Assembly: GCF_003945235.1 (NCBI RefSeq)
Contig: NZ_RSDW01000001.1
Coordinates: 930,001-962,000 of the forward strand
Length of the DNA: 32,000 nucleotides
Reading direction: 5' to 3'
Source of the DNA: Edaphobacter aggregans
GTDB taxonomy: Bacteria > Acidobacteriota > Terriglobia > Terriglobales > Acidobacteriaceae
How positions within the stretch are numbered: position 1 is the first letter of the stretch; the number at the start of each line of letters is the position of its first letter. Below, piece by piece: positions 16,682 through 24,879 of the stretch. A model generated the notes under the pieces. That model was not told the origin of the DNA, searched no databases, and worked only from the letters and a program-made list of their open reading frames with translations. The position numbers were made by a program, and so were the translations under genes.

Positions 16682-18655
16682 ATGTCTAGAACACCCCGTT
16701 GGCCCCGTCCGGCAGCACTCCTATCGTCCGCCTTGATCCTCATCGGCTCGCTGCACGCTCAGAACTCCCCCAAGTATCCGAACTACCCAAGCGAAACCCC
16801 CGCCACCTTCCAACAACCGACCTACGGCATGGACTACGCCCGCCGCGAAGTCATGATCCCCATGCGGGACGGCGTCAAGCTACACACCGTCATCCTCTTG
16901 CCTAAAGGCGCAAAGCGCGCCGGCATTCTGTTGACTCGCACGCCCTACAGCGCAACCACACTGACCTCCAACGGCTACAGCACCCACCTCGGCCCCACCC
17001 TCTGGGGCTACGACAACGCCACCGAAACAATCCTCAAAGGCGGATACATTCGCGTCGTGCAAGACATCCGTGGCAAATACGGCAGCGAGGGCGACTACAT
17101 CATGAACCGCCCCATCCACGGCTCCCTCAACCCCACCCCAGTCGATGAGTCCACCGACACCTACGACACCATCGACTGGCTAGTCAAAAACACACCCGAG
17201 TCGAACGGCAAAGTCGGCGTCCTCGGCATCTCCTACGACGGTTTCCTCGCCCTCATGCCCCTCGTGCATCCCCATCCCGCGCTTAAATGCGTCGTCCCCA
17301 TGAACCCCATGGTCGACGGCTGGCGCGGCGACGACTGGTTCCACAACGGAGCCTTCCGCCAGCAGAACATGCCCTACATCTACGAGCAGGCCGGAACCCG
17401 CGACAACAGCGCCCACTGGCTCACCAGCAACTTCGACGACTACGACACCTACATGAACGCCGTCTCCGCCGGTGAGCTCGGCAAGCAACGCAACATGGAC
17501 CAGCTCGGCTTCTGGAAAAAAATCACCGACCACCCCGCCTATGACAGCTTCTGGAGCGACCAAGCCGTCGACCGCGTACTCGCCACCGAACCCCTCACCG
17601 TCCCCACCATGCTCGTAGCCAGCCTCTGGGACCAGGAGGACATCTACGGCGCACCCGCCGTCTACAAAGCCCTTGCACCCAAAGACCCCCAGCACGACAA
17701 GCTCTTCCTCGTCTTCGGTCCCTGGCATCACGGCCAGGAGATCATGGACGCCGAATCCCTCGGAGCCATCAAGTTCCGCAGCGACACCGGCCTCTACTTC
17801 CGCGAGCAGATCCTCGCGCCCTTCCTCGCACACTATCTGCACGACGACGCGCCCCCACTCACCGTCTCGCCCGTAACCGCGTTCGAGACCGGCACCAATC
17901 GATGGCAAAACCTCAAGTCCTGGCCCACAGGATGCGAGGCCGGATGCGTGCCCAAGTCAACGCCACTCTACCTCCAATCCTCAGCCAAGCTCGCCTTCAC
18001 CGCCCCCCCAACCACCGAAACCTCCGAAGCATCCTTCGACGAATACATCTCCGATCCCGCCCATCCCGTGCCCTTTCGCACGCGCCCCAGTCAACCCATC
18101 GGCTACACGCCAAATCTCTCGTGGATACGTTGGCTGGTAGATGATCAGCGCGAATTCTCTGGCCGTCCTGACGTCCTCACCTTCCAGACCGACACCCTCA
18201 CCGCACCCGTCAAAATCAGCGGCGAACCAATCGCCAACCTCATAGCCTCCACCTCCGGCACCGACAGTGACTGGGTCGTCAAGCTCATCGACGTCTACCC
18301 CGACGAGGTCCCCGGCCAGCCCGAACTCGGCGGCTACCAACTCCCCATCTCCATGGACATCTTTCGCGGCCGCTATCGTCAAAGTCTCTCCCAGCCCGCC
18401 TCCATCACCCCCGATGCACCCCAGCTCTACAAATTCGCTCTACCAACCGCAAATCACGTCTTCCTTCCCGGCCACCGCATCATGGTGCAGGTTCAATCCA
18501 GCTGGTTCCCTCTCTACGACCGCAACCCTCAAACCTTCGTGCCGAACATCTTCTTCGCCAAACCCGCCGACTACAAGAAAGCAACCCAACGTATCTACCA
18601 CGCACCTACCAACGCCAGCTTCATCGAACTTCCTATCGTGACAAATCAGCCCTGA
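16682..18655 (+). CDS. Secreted CocE/NonD-family serine hydrolase (S15 X-Pro dipeptidyl-peptidase-like)
   Basis: Start placed at ATG 16682, which gives signal peptide MSRTPRWPRPAALLSSALILIGSLHAQ; ATG 16643 is an alternative. R.PY motif (LLTRTPYS), nucleophile GISYDGF, C-terminal beta-sandwich region typical of the family. Confidence 0.85.
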   Translation: MSRTPRWPRPAALLSSALILIGSLHAQNSPKYPNYPSETPATFQQPTYGMDYARREVMIPMRDGVKLHTVILLPKGAKRAGILLTRTPYSATTLTSNGYSTHLGPTLWGYDNATETILKGGYIRVVQDIRGKYGSEGDYIMNRPIHGSLNPTPVDESTDTYDTIDWLVKNTPESNGKVGVLGISYDGFLALMPLVHPHPALKCVVPMNPMVDGWRGDDWFHNGAFRQQNMPYIYEQAGTRDNSAHWLTSNFDDYDTYMNAVSAGELGKQRNMDQLGFWKKITDHPAYDSFWSDQAVDRVLATEPLTVPTMLVASLWDQEDIYGAPAVYKALAPKDPQHDKLFLVFGPWHHGQEIMDAESLGAIKFRSDTGLYFREQILAPFLAHYLHDDAPPLTVSPVTAFETGTNRWQNLKSWPTGCEAGCVPKSTPLYLQSSAKLAFTAPPTTETSEASFDEYISDPAHPVPFRTRPSQPIGYTPNLSWIRWLVDDQREFSGRPDVLTFQTDTLTAPVKISGEPIANLIASTSGTDSDWVVKLIDVYPDEVPGQPELGGYQLPISMDIFRGRYRQSLSQPASITPDAPQLYKFALPTANHVFLPGHRIMVQVQSSWFPLYDRNPQTFVPNIFFAKPADYKKATQRIYHAPTNASFIELPIVTNQP

Positions 18656-18726
18656 GTGAAGTCACCTTCGGCCAAACCATCTGACCCGCCTGTCACCGCA
18701 TCCAAATCACCAGACAGGGGGTTCAG

Positions 18727-19734
18727 ATGGAACGCCGCGACTTCCTAAAATCCGCCACCGCCGCCGGAATAGCCGCCACCACCTCCAGCAGCTTCGCCCA
18801 AACATCAACCCCGCCCAAACGCCCCGAAGCCCCCGGCATGATCTACCGCGAACTAGGCACCACCGGCGAGCGAGTCTCCGCCATCGGCCTCGGCGGCTAC
18901 CACATCGGCAAGCAATCCAACGCCGACGAGAGCATCGCCCTCATCCGCAAAGCCATCGACAGCGGCATCACCTTCCTCGACAACTGCTGGGACTACAATG
19001 ACGGCCTCAGCGAAGTCCGCATGGGACAGGCCCTCCGCGACGGCTACCGCTCCAAAGCCTTCCTCATGACCAAAATGGACGGCCGCACCAAAGACTCCTA
19101 CAACAAGCAGCTCGAACAATCCCTAGGCCGCCTCCAGACCGACACCATCGACCTCGTTCAATTTCACGAAGTCATCCGCATGGAAGACCCCGACCGCATC
19201 TTCGCCCCAAACGGAGCCATCGAAGCCGCCATAGCCGCCAAACAAGCCGGCAAGATCCGCTACATCGGCTTCACCGGCCACAAAGATCCCGCCGTCCACC
19301 TCCGCATGCTAGAGACAGCCCAAAAACACAGCTTCCACTTCGACACTGTCCAGATGCCCATCAATGTCATGGACGCCCACTTCCGCTCATTCACCAAAGA
19401 AGTCATCCCCGTCGCTCTCAAGCAGGGCATCGGCATCCTCGCCATGAAGACCTTCGGCGACCATCACATCCTCGACTCCAAAACCGTCGAGCCCATCGAA
19501 GCCCTGCACTACGGCCTCACTCAGCCCGTCTCCGTCGTCATCACCGGCATCGACTCGCCCACGATCCTCGAGCAAGCCCTGACCGCCGCCCGCACCTTCA
19601 AACCCCTCACCGAAGCCCAGCAGACCGCCATCCTCGCCCGCACTCGCGAAGCCGCCCTCGAAGGCCGCTACGAGCTCTTCAAAACCTCAGCCCAATACGA
19701 CGGCACCGCCGCCAACCCCAAGTGGCTAGGCTGA
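18727..19734 (+). CDS. Aldo/keto reductase with twin-arginine (Tat) signal peptide
   Basis: MERRDFLKSATAAGIAATTSSSFAQ matches the Tat consensus. AKR motifs GLGGYHIG, FLDNCWDYN, DLVQFHEV, IGFTGH. AGGGGG SD upstream. Confidence 0.85.
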   Translation: MERRDFLKSATAAGIAATTSSSFAQTSTPPKRPEAPGMIYRELGTTGERVSAIGLGGYHIGKQSNADESIALIRKAIDSGITFLDNCWDYNDGLSEVRMGQALRDGYRSKAFLMTKMDGRTKDSYNKQLEQSLGRLQTDTIDLVQFHEVIRMEDPDRIFAPNGAIEAAIAAKQAGKIRYIGFTGHKDPAVHLRMLETAQKHSFHFDTVQMPINVMDAHFRSFTKEVIPVALKQGIGILAMKTFGDHHILDSKTVEPIEALHYGLTQPVSVVITGIDSPTILEQALTAARTFKPLTEAQQTAILARTREAALEGRYELFKTSAQYDGTAANPKWLG

Positions 19735-19751
19735 ACCAGCCCGGACCATCT

Positions 19752-20444
19752 CTACTGTCTGCCGCTTCGTTCGACTTGAAGCCCAAACTGACGCAGCATC
19801 TCACGCTGCCCTACACCAGTAACAGCAAGAGCCCTGCTGTCTAAATCCTGCGTCACCCACTTCTTCTTCAGTACAACCTTCAACAAAGCCGCCCCCAGCC
19901 CGCCGCCCAGATGAGGACGCCGCTCACTCCAATCCAGACACGGAAACGCGAACCTTCGTCGCAAACTAAACGTCGCCTCAAGATCGACACCCAGCGACTC
20001 AAATAACTTCACTCCCTTCGGCGTCAGCTCATACGCACGCCCACCATCCTTCTCCCTCAAACATCCCATCGCCTTCAAACGATCATGCAGCGAAACACCC
20101 ACCGTACCAGCCAGATGGTCATAACAGGTACGCGCCGCACACAAGCGGCTAGGAGTATTAGGCACAAACTTTTTCCTCGGAGTACCCACAAGAACACTCA
20201 GCGCCTCCAGCATCTGCGCAACCTCGCTCCCATCCAGACTGTAGTAGTGATGCTTCCCCTGCACCGCCACCTTCACTAGACCAGCCGCCTTCAACCGATT
20301 CAAATGGACACTCGCCGTGGACGGACTCACATCAGCCACCACAGCAAGCTCCGTACTGGTCCTGGCATGCCCATCCATCAGGCAATACAGCATCTTCTCC
20401 CGAGCCGGCTCCCCAATCGCCGCTGCAATCACATGCACTGTCAT
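19752..20444 (-). CDS. ArsR/SmtB-family winged-helix transcriptional regulator with C-terminal extension
   Basis: 230 aa. The N-terminal ~90 aa (EPAREKMLYCLMDGHARTSTELAVVADVSPSTASVHLNRLKAAGLV) are an ArsR-type HTH. Confidence 0.8.
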   Translation of the reverse strand: MTVHVIAAAIGEPAREKMLYCLMDGHARTSTELAVVADVSPSTASVHLNRLKAAGLVKVAVQGKHHYYSLDGSEVAQMLEALSVLVGTPRKKFVPNTPSRLCAARTCYDHLAGTVGVSLHDRLKAMGCLREKDGGRAYELTPKGVKLFESLGVDLEATFSLRRRFAFPCLDWSERRPHLGGGLGAALLKVVLKKKWVTQDLDSRALAVTGVGQREMLRQFGLQVERSGRQ

Positions 20445-20460
20445 AGTGGTTTACCCCTCG

Positions 20461-20496
20461 ACATTCATTATTTGACAGCAAACGAATCATGAATGT
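20461..20496. promoter_or_regulatory. Candidate operator: ACATTCAT-N20-ATGAATGT inverted repeat in the ArsR/NIPSNAP divergent region
   Basis: Perfect 8-bp arms at 20461-20468 and 20489-20496. A TTGACA hexamer (20472-20477) lies between them. Located 17 nt from the ArsR-family start codon. Confidence 0.35.
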
Positions 20497-20996
20497 CCAG
20501 CAATCGCCATACTGCGTATATGCCCCCCGCAAAGCCTCATCTCGACAACCAAATCAATCGCCGCGAGGCCATAAGCGCCCTCGCCGCAGTCTTTGCCTCA
20601 ACAAAGCTCGTGTATGCGCCACAAACCGCAGTCCCCACCGAAAGGAGCTCCATGAAGATCACATGCTTCATCCGCTACCAGATCGACCCATTCCAAAGAG
20701 ACGAATTCCAAAAGTATGCAGAAAATTGGGCCCGCATCATCCCCCGCTGCGGAGGCCATCTCATCGGCTACTTTCTTCCTCACGAAGGAACCAACGACAT
20801 CGCCTGGGGTTTGATCGCCTTCGATACTCTTGCCGCTTACGAAACCTACCGAGCCCGCCTGCGATCCGATCCCGAAGCTCGAGCAAACTTTCTCATGGCA
20901 CAAACAAAGCGCCTGATCCTTCGCGAAGAGCGAACCTTCCTCGAAATCGTCGAAGGAACCTTCTCTCTTCCATCAACCCTCACTGAACACACTTAA
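20493..20996 (+). CDS. NIPSNAP-family (dimeric alpha-beta barrel) protein
   Basis: The conserved domain starts at [26 protein letters not shown] (ATG 20652, strong AGGAG SD 4 nt upstream). The longer ORF from 20493/20520 adds a Tat-like leader ([21 protein letters not shown]). The start is therefore uncertain. Confidence 0.6.
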   Translation: MSSNRHTAYMPPAKPHLDNQINRREAISALAAVFASTKLVYAPQTAVPTERSSMKITCFIRYQIDPFQRDEFQKYAENWARIIPRCGGHLIGYFLPHEGTNDIAWGLIAFDTLAAYETYRARLRSDPEARANFLMAQTKRLILREERTFLEIVEGTFSLPSTLTEHT

Positions 20997-21083
20997 TACG
21001 CACCTCGTTAGTGACCCCATTCCAGCCTCCGCAACAGTTAACATGATTGTTTGCGACCAATTTCCAACCGAGGGATTCAGCGA

Positions 21084-21974
21084 ATGAACAGGAAACATCT
21101 TTGCGTCGCAATCGCGGCCTTTCTGTGCGCCACTCTTCAAGCACGCACCCAGACCACACAACAATACAAAGGTCCCATCATTGATGCCCACGCACACCTC
21201 CGCCTCGGCGAAGCTGACGGTCTCACACCAACCCAGCCCATCGGCACCGATGCTCTTCGAACACTGGACACCACTGCCGGAGTAGCCAAAAGCGCGCTCA
21301 TCGTCATCGCTCGCCAGGGACAACCCGAAAAGACCCGCCAGCAGAACGACGCCGTCCTCGCAGCAGCCGCCGCATCTCCTAATCATTTCTACCCAGTCGT
21401 CTCCGTCCATCCAGCCGACAAACAGACAGCCCTCAGCGAACTCGATCGCGTAGCAAAACTAGGCGCAAAAGAGGTCAAGCTCCATCCCAATACCCAAAAC
21501 TTCGACGTCTCCGACCCCGACGTAGGCACGGTCGTCGAAAGGTGCGGTGAACTCAACCTCGTCGTCCTCTTCGACTCCTACAAGCCATGGGACGCAAGCG
21601 AGATGGGCAAGTTCCTACTCCTCGCCGTCCAGCATCCCAAAACCAAAATCGTCCTCGCCCACATGGGCTTCTCTTACTTCCGCGAGGCCGTCTCCTTCGA
21701 ACTCATCCGACGCCTCGGCATGGCCGACAACGTCTGGTTCGACATCTCCGCCATCGCCGCCACCTACGCTGGCTCTCCCGTTCAGCCCGAACTCGTCTGG
21801 ACAATGCGAAAAGTAGGCACCAACCACATCCTTTTCGGCTCCGATTGGCCCGTCTACACACCTGATGAAGCCATAAAAGCCGTCCGTTCCCTGGGCCTCA
21901 CCGCCGACGAACAAAAACAAATCTTCCACGACAATGCAGCTCAACTACTAGGACTCGAAGCGCTAAAACCCTGA
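21084..21974 (+). CDS. Exported amidohydrolase-2 (TIM-barrel metal-dependent hydrolase) family protein
   Basis: Start placed at ATG 21084 (the ORF-track start 21051 is TTG). Signal peptide MNRKHLCVAIAAFLCATLQA. IIDAHAHL metal motif. VKLHP, LAHMG and FGSDWP motifs typical of PF04909-type enzymes. Confidence 0.75.
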   Translation: MNRKHLCVAIAAFLCATLQARTQTTQQYKGPIIDAHAHLRLGEADGLTPTQPIGTDALRTLDTTAGVAKSALIVIARQGQPEKTRQQNDAVLAAAAASPNHFYPVVSVHPADKQTALSELDRVAKLGAKEVKLHPNTQNFDVSDPDVGTVVERCGELNLVVLFDSYKPWDASEMGKFLLLAVQHPKTKIVLAHMGFSYFREAVSFELIRRLGMADNVWFDISAIAATYAGSPVQPELVWTMRKVGTNHILFGSDWPVYTPDEAIKAVRSLGLTADEQKQIFHDNAAQLLGLEALKP

Positions 21975-21989
21975 CGTCACAAAAACAGA

Positions 21990-22013
21990 AAAGCCCCGGC
22001 TCAGTCCGGGGCT
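21990..22013. terminator. Rho-independent-type hairpin between convergent genes
   Basis: aagccccgg-ctcagt-ccggggctt (9-bp stem). The flanking A-run on the plus strand gives a U-run for the minus-strand SDR transcript. Confidence 0.6.
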
Positions 22014-22031
22014 TCACCTGCAAAAAATAAA

Positions 22032-22808
22032 CTACTGATTCACACCACTGGCCAGGAACCCGCCATCCACCACCAGAATCTCTCCCGTAACAAAAGCCGA
22101 AGCATCACTGGCCAGATAGATCGCCGCCCCCACTAGCTCCTCTGTCTTCCCAAAGCGCCCCATCGGAGTCCGCATCAGCAACTCCTTACCCCGCTCGCTC
22201 TCATCCAAAAGTTTTTGATTCAGCGCCGTCCGAAACACTCCCGGAGCAATCGCATTCACCGTCACACCCTTTGCGCTCCACTCCACCGCCAGCGACTTCG
22301 TCAGCGCACCCACCGCCGCCTTGCTAGCCGCATAAGCCGTCACTTCCTTCAACGAAACAAAAGTATTCAGCGAAGCGATATTGATGATCCGCCCATACCC
22401 ACGCTCCAACATATGCTTCCCGAAGATCTGGCAAGCCCGCAGCGTCCCGGTCACATTCGTATCCATGATGTCGTCCCACATCTCTTCCGATACCGTCAGC
22501 GTAGGCTCCCGCTTGATCTTCCCCGCCGAGTTGATCAGAATATCGACCTTCCCAAACTCTTTCACCGTTCCATCCAGCAGTGCCTGGAGCGAAGCCCGAT
22601 CGGCCACATCCGAAGTCAGCCGCAGCGACTTCCGCCCCTTCGCCTCAATCGCCTTGGCGGCCTCTTCCACCTGTTCGGCACGGCGCGAACTCGCCACCAC
22701 ATCGGCGCCAGCTTCTGCCAGACCAATCGCCATCGCCAGTCCAATGCCGGACGTCCCCCCCACCACCACTGCCGTCTTGCCCTTCAGATCAAACAACGGA
22801 TGCCCCAT
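22032..22808 (-). CDS. SDR oxidoreductase, gluconate 5-dehydrogenase / aldonate-uronate reductase-like
   Basis: 258 aa. GGTSGIG, NSAG, S...YAASKAA, VNAIAPG, VVDGG. Last gene of the LarA-like/uxaE/gntK string. Confidence 0.85.
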   Translation of the reverse strand: MGHPLFDLKGKTAVVVGGTSGIGLAMAIGLAEAGADVVASSRRAEQVEEAAKAIEAKGRKSLRLTSDVADRASLQALLDGTVKEFGKVDILINSAGKIKREPTLTVSEEMWDDIMDTNVTGTLRACQIFGKHMLERGYGRIINIASLNTFVSLKEVTAYAASKAAVGALTKSLAVEWSAKGVTVNAIAPGVFRTALNQKLLDESERGKELLMRTPMGRFGKTEELVGAAIYLASDASAFVTGEILVVDGGFLASGVNQ

Positions 22809-22866
22809 CGAAAAATTCCTCTCTAACTTTGTAATCTTCTCTGTTACCAGTCTTCACTCAATCTCA

Positions 22867-23370
22867 CTACCAAATCGGCTCCGACGAGACGTACTCCAGA
22901 ATCTGGCTCACAATCTCCTCTGGGCTACGATCATTCACTATACGCAAAGCATCCTTCGGTGGCTCCAGCGCCTCAAACTGACTCTCCAGCAGCTTCGGAT
23001 TCATGAACTCATGATGCCGCTCCAAAAGCCGCTCCGAGATCATATCCCGGGATCCATCCAGCCAAACAAACTTCACCGCTCCCGTCGGCATTCCCGCTGC
23101 CAGCGTTGCCCTATACCTTTCCTTTAGTGCCGAACACGCCAGCACTCCATTCTTTCCCGCATCAAACCACCCGCGCATCAGTCCATTCAGAGTCTCCAGC
23201 CACGGCTGCCGATCCGCATCATTCAGCGGATGCCCCGCCGCCATCTTCTCCTTGTTCGCCGCCGGATGATAATCGTCCGCATCGGCAAACACCGCACCAG
23301 TACGCTCAGCCAGCAGCGTCCCGATCGTCGATTTCCCCGACCCGGTCACCCCCATCAGCACCACAATCAT
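22867..23370 (-). CDS. gntK: Gluconokinase (GntK/IdnK family)
   Basis: 167 aa. P-loop MGVTGSGKST. FADADDYHPAANKEKMAAGHPLNDADRQPWL and ACSALKERYR match the E. coli GntK pattern as recalled. GGAGAGGA SD. Confidence 0.9.
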   Translation of the reverse strand: MIVVLMGVTGSGKSTIGTLLAERTGAVFADADDYHPAANKEKMAAGHPLNDADRQPWLETLNGLMRGWFDAGKNGVLACSALKERYRATLAAGMPTGAVKFVWLDGSRDMISERLLERHHEFMNPKLLESQFEALEPPKDALRIVNDRSPEEIVSQILEYVSSEPIW

Positions 23371-23393
23371 TCAGACAGTCCTCTCCGTCTTTC

Positions 23394-23414
23394 TACTCCC
23401 TATTCCCTACTCCA
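23394..23414 (-). repeat. Three tandem heptamers TGGAGTA-GGGAATA-GGGAGTA (minus strand) in the uxaE-gntK spacer
   Basis: Plus strand reads tactccc tattccc tactcca. The array begins 5 nt after the uxaE TAA stop. Shares the 15-nt GGAGTAGGGAATAGG with 1979-1999. Confidence 0.8.
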
Positions 23415-23419
23415 GCCTT

Positions 23420-24682
23420 TTATTGTCCTAGAAAAACCGGCTTGATATGGCGATCAAAAAGGTTCGTCGTAACATTACGCGCCACCACAGCTTCATTGGC
23501 CTCGAGCGCATTCAAGTACCGCTCACCCATCTTAGCCGCCACCTTGAAGCCCACATGCAGCAGTTGCCGGAAGCTCGGGTTATACGCCTTGTTGCTCTGA
23601 TCATGGCGCAACGCCGACGTGAACTGCTCACTGGTCCAGCCATTCACCTCTTCCGGAGACGGCAGCTTCGCCGGATCGATATCGATCACCGTCGCATAAG
23701 GAGCGCACAACTCCTCACGATGCGAATACGCCTCCGCATAAACTTCCTTGGCAATCTCCAACCCCGATCCGCCAGCCTCAGCCAGCCCGATCAGCTCTTC
23801 CAGCCAGGTCGTCCCAGCCGTCTTCAAATGCACACCCGCGCCAAACCTCTTCACCGCGTCATGAATCGCCTGATAGATCGAAAACTTGTCCGACCCCGAG
23901 TGAACGCTCAGCTTCAAATTCTCAGGCAGCCCATACGTCTTGATCGCAAACGCAATCGCCGCAAGGTCCTCGTTGAACTCCTTGGTGAACTGCGGCACAT
24001 CCCCTACATAGTCCACGCCCTTGTTGAACCGTCCCGTAAACTTCGGCGCAATCGTCTGGATCGGAATCTTCTCATCCGCAATCGCCGCCAGAATAATCAG
24101 CAGCTCTACCGGAGTCTGAGGATAGTCCGTCTCATCCATCGAGACCTCAGGCACGAAATTCCCCGCACCCTTCTTCTCCACCAGAAACCGATAAATCCGC
24201 CCCGCATCCTGCACCGCAGCCAGAAACTTATTGGCCACGCCCGTCACAAACGCCTCATCCGTCTTGAAAGGCTCGTCGATATGCGGAATCGTCACCGTCC
24301 CCACCAGCTCCGGATGCCGATTCACAAACGCCGCCACATCCTTCGCGTCCGCCGGCTTGCCAATCATCTCCGCCACATCCAGCGTAAAGAAGTCACACGG
24401 CGCCAGAAACCGCTCCACCGTATTCAAATTGATATGGTCCGCATCCAGAAAATAAGGCTTAGTCCACCCCAGCTCCTTCACCGCCGCATCGGCGGCCACG
24501 CGCGTCTGGCTCGGCTCGGAGCCGATAATCATGTGCTCGCGGTTCGACTTGTTCCACACCGGTGAAACCTCAACCCCCGCGTTGGCGGCCATCACACAAG
24601 CCGCAAGCTGCGCCTTCGCCTGATGCGCAAACCGGTCACCCACCCCTACTGAAAATTTAGGAAGTTTCAATCCTTCAGCCAT
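23420..24682 (-). CDS. uxaE: Tagaturonate/fructuronate epimerase (UxaE family)
   Basis: Start placed at ATG 24682 (GAAGG SD); the ORF-track start 24691 is GTG. Motifs FLDADHI, SVHSGSDKFSIY and LKTAGTTWLEE match my recollection of the UxaE family (Thermotoga-type). Confidence 0.8.
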   Translation of the reverse strand: MAEGLKLPKFSVGVGDRFAHQAKAQLAACVMAANAGVEVSPVWNKSNREHMIIGSEPSQTRVAADAAVKELGWTKPYFLDADHINLNTVERFLAPCDFFTLDVAEMIGKPADAKDVAAFVNRHPELVGTVTIPHIDEPFKTDEAFVTGVANKFLAAVQDAGRIYRFLVEKKGAGNFVPEVSMDETDYPQTPVELLIILAAIADEKIPIQTIAPKFTGRFNKGVDYVGDVPQFTKEFNEDLAAIAFAIKTYGLPENLKLSVHSGSDKFSIYQAIHDAVKRFGAGVHLKTAGTTWLEELIGLAEAGGSGLEIAKEVYAEAYSHREELCAPYATVIDIDPAKLPSPEEVNGWTSEQFTSALRHDQSNKAYNPSFRQLLHVGFKVAAKMGERYLNALEANEAVVARNVTTNLFDRHIKPVFLGQ

Positions 24683-24811
24683 TGCCAACACCCTTCTTCA
24701 TCACAAAATCGATTGGTCTAACCACTTTCAACCGTCCCAGCATACTCACTCTAGCCCACAAAGGGCAACTCCCCAGTGAGCTTTAGCATGTACCATCCTT
24801 TTTTCTTGCTT

Positions 24812-24877
24812 TTATCCGCCTTATCCCCTGATCACTGTTACGCCTTTGCTCCGCGCACCTCCGCGTCAATCCGCGGT
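24812..24877 (-). repeat. Phased CGG-repeat element (same family as 13201-13239), between the SGNH stop and uxaE
   Basis: Minus-strand reading: GCGGATTGAC GCGGAGGTGC GCGGAGCAAAG GCGTAACAGTGATCAGGGGATAAGGCGGATAA. Shares atcacYgttacgcc and taatccgcg blocks with 31017-31072. Confidence 0.6.
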
Positions 24878-24879
24878 CG

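Noticed and set aside
23447-24565. Long plus-strand ORFs lying antisense to minus-strand genes. Examples: 905-2098, 2105-3037, 7359-7988, 23447-24565 (372 aa), 24943-25929, 26783-27778, 30924-31979.
   Set aside because: Their translations are low-complexity R/P/H/L/Q-rich strings with no recognisable domains. Each is fully covered by a well-supported gene on the other strand. The C/A-rich strand is depleted in stop codons, which explains their length.
24706-24713. AATCGATT palindrome upstream of uxaE, and other 6-8 bp palindromes in intergenic regions (e.g. atcgca-N9-tgcgat at about 5767-5787).
   Set aside because: They are too short to be significant in 32 kb, show no extension into longer dyads, and are not repeated at other promoters in the window.
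24739-24768. Putative promoter for uxaE on the minus strand (TTGCCC-N18-TATGCT).
   Set aside because: This is only a weak match found by eye. Promoter consensus for this lineage is uncertain, and there is no supporting evidence.
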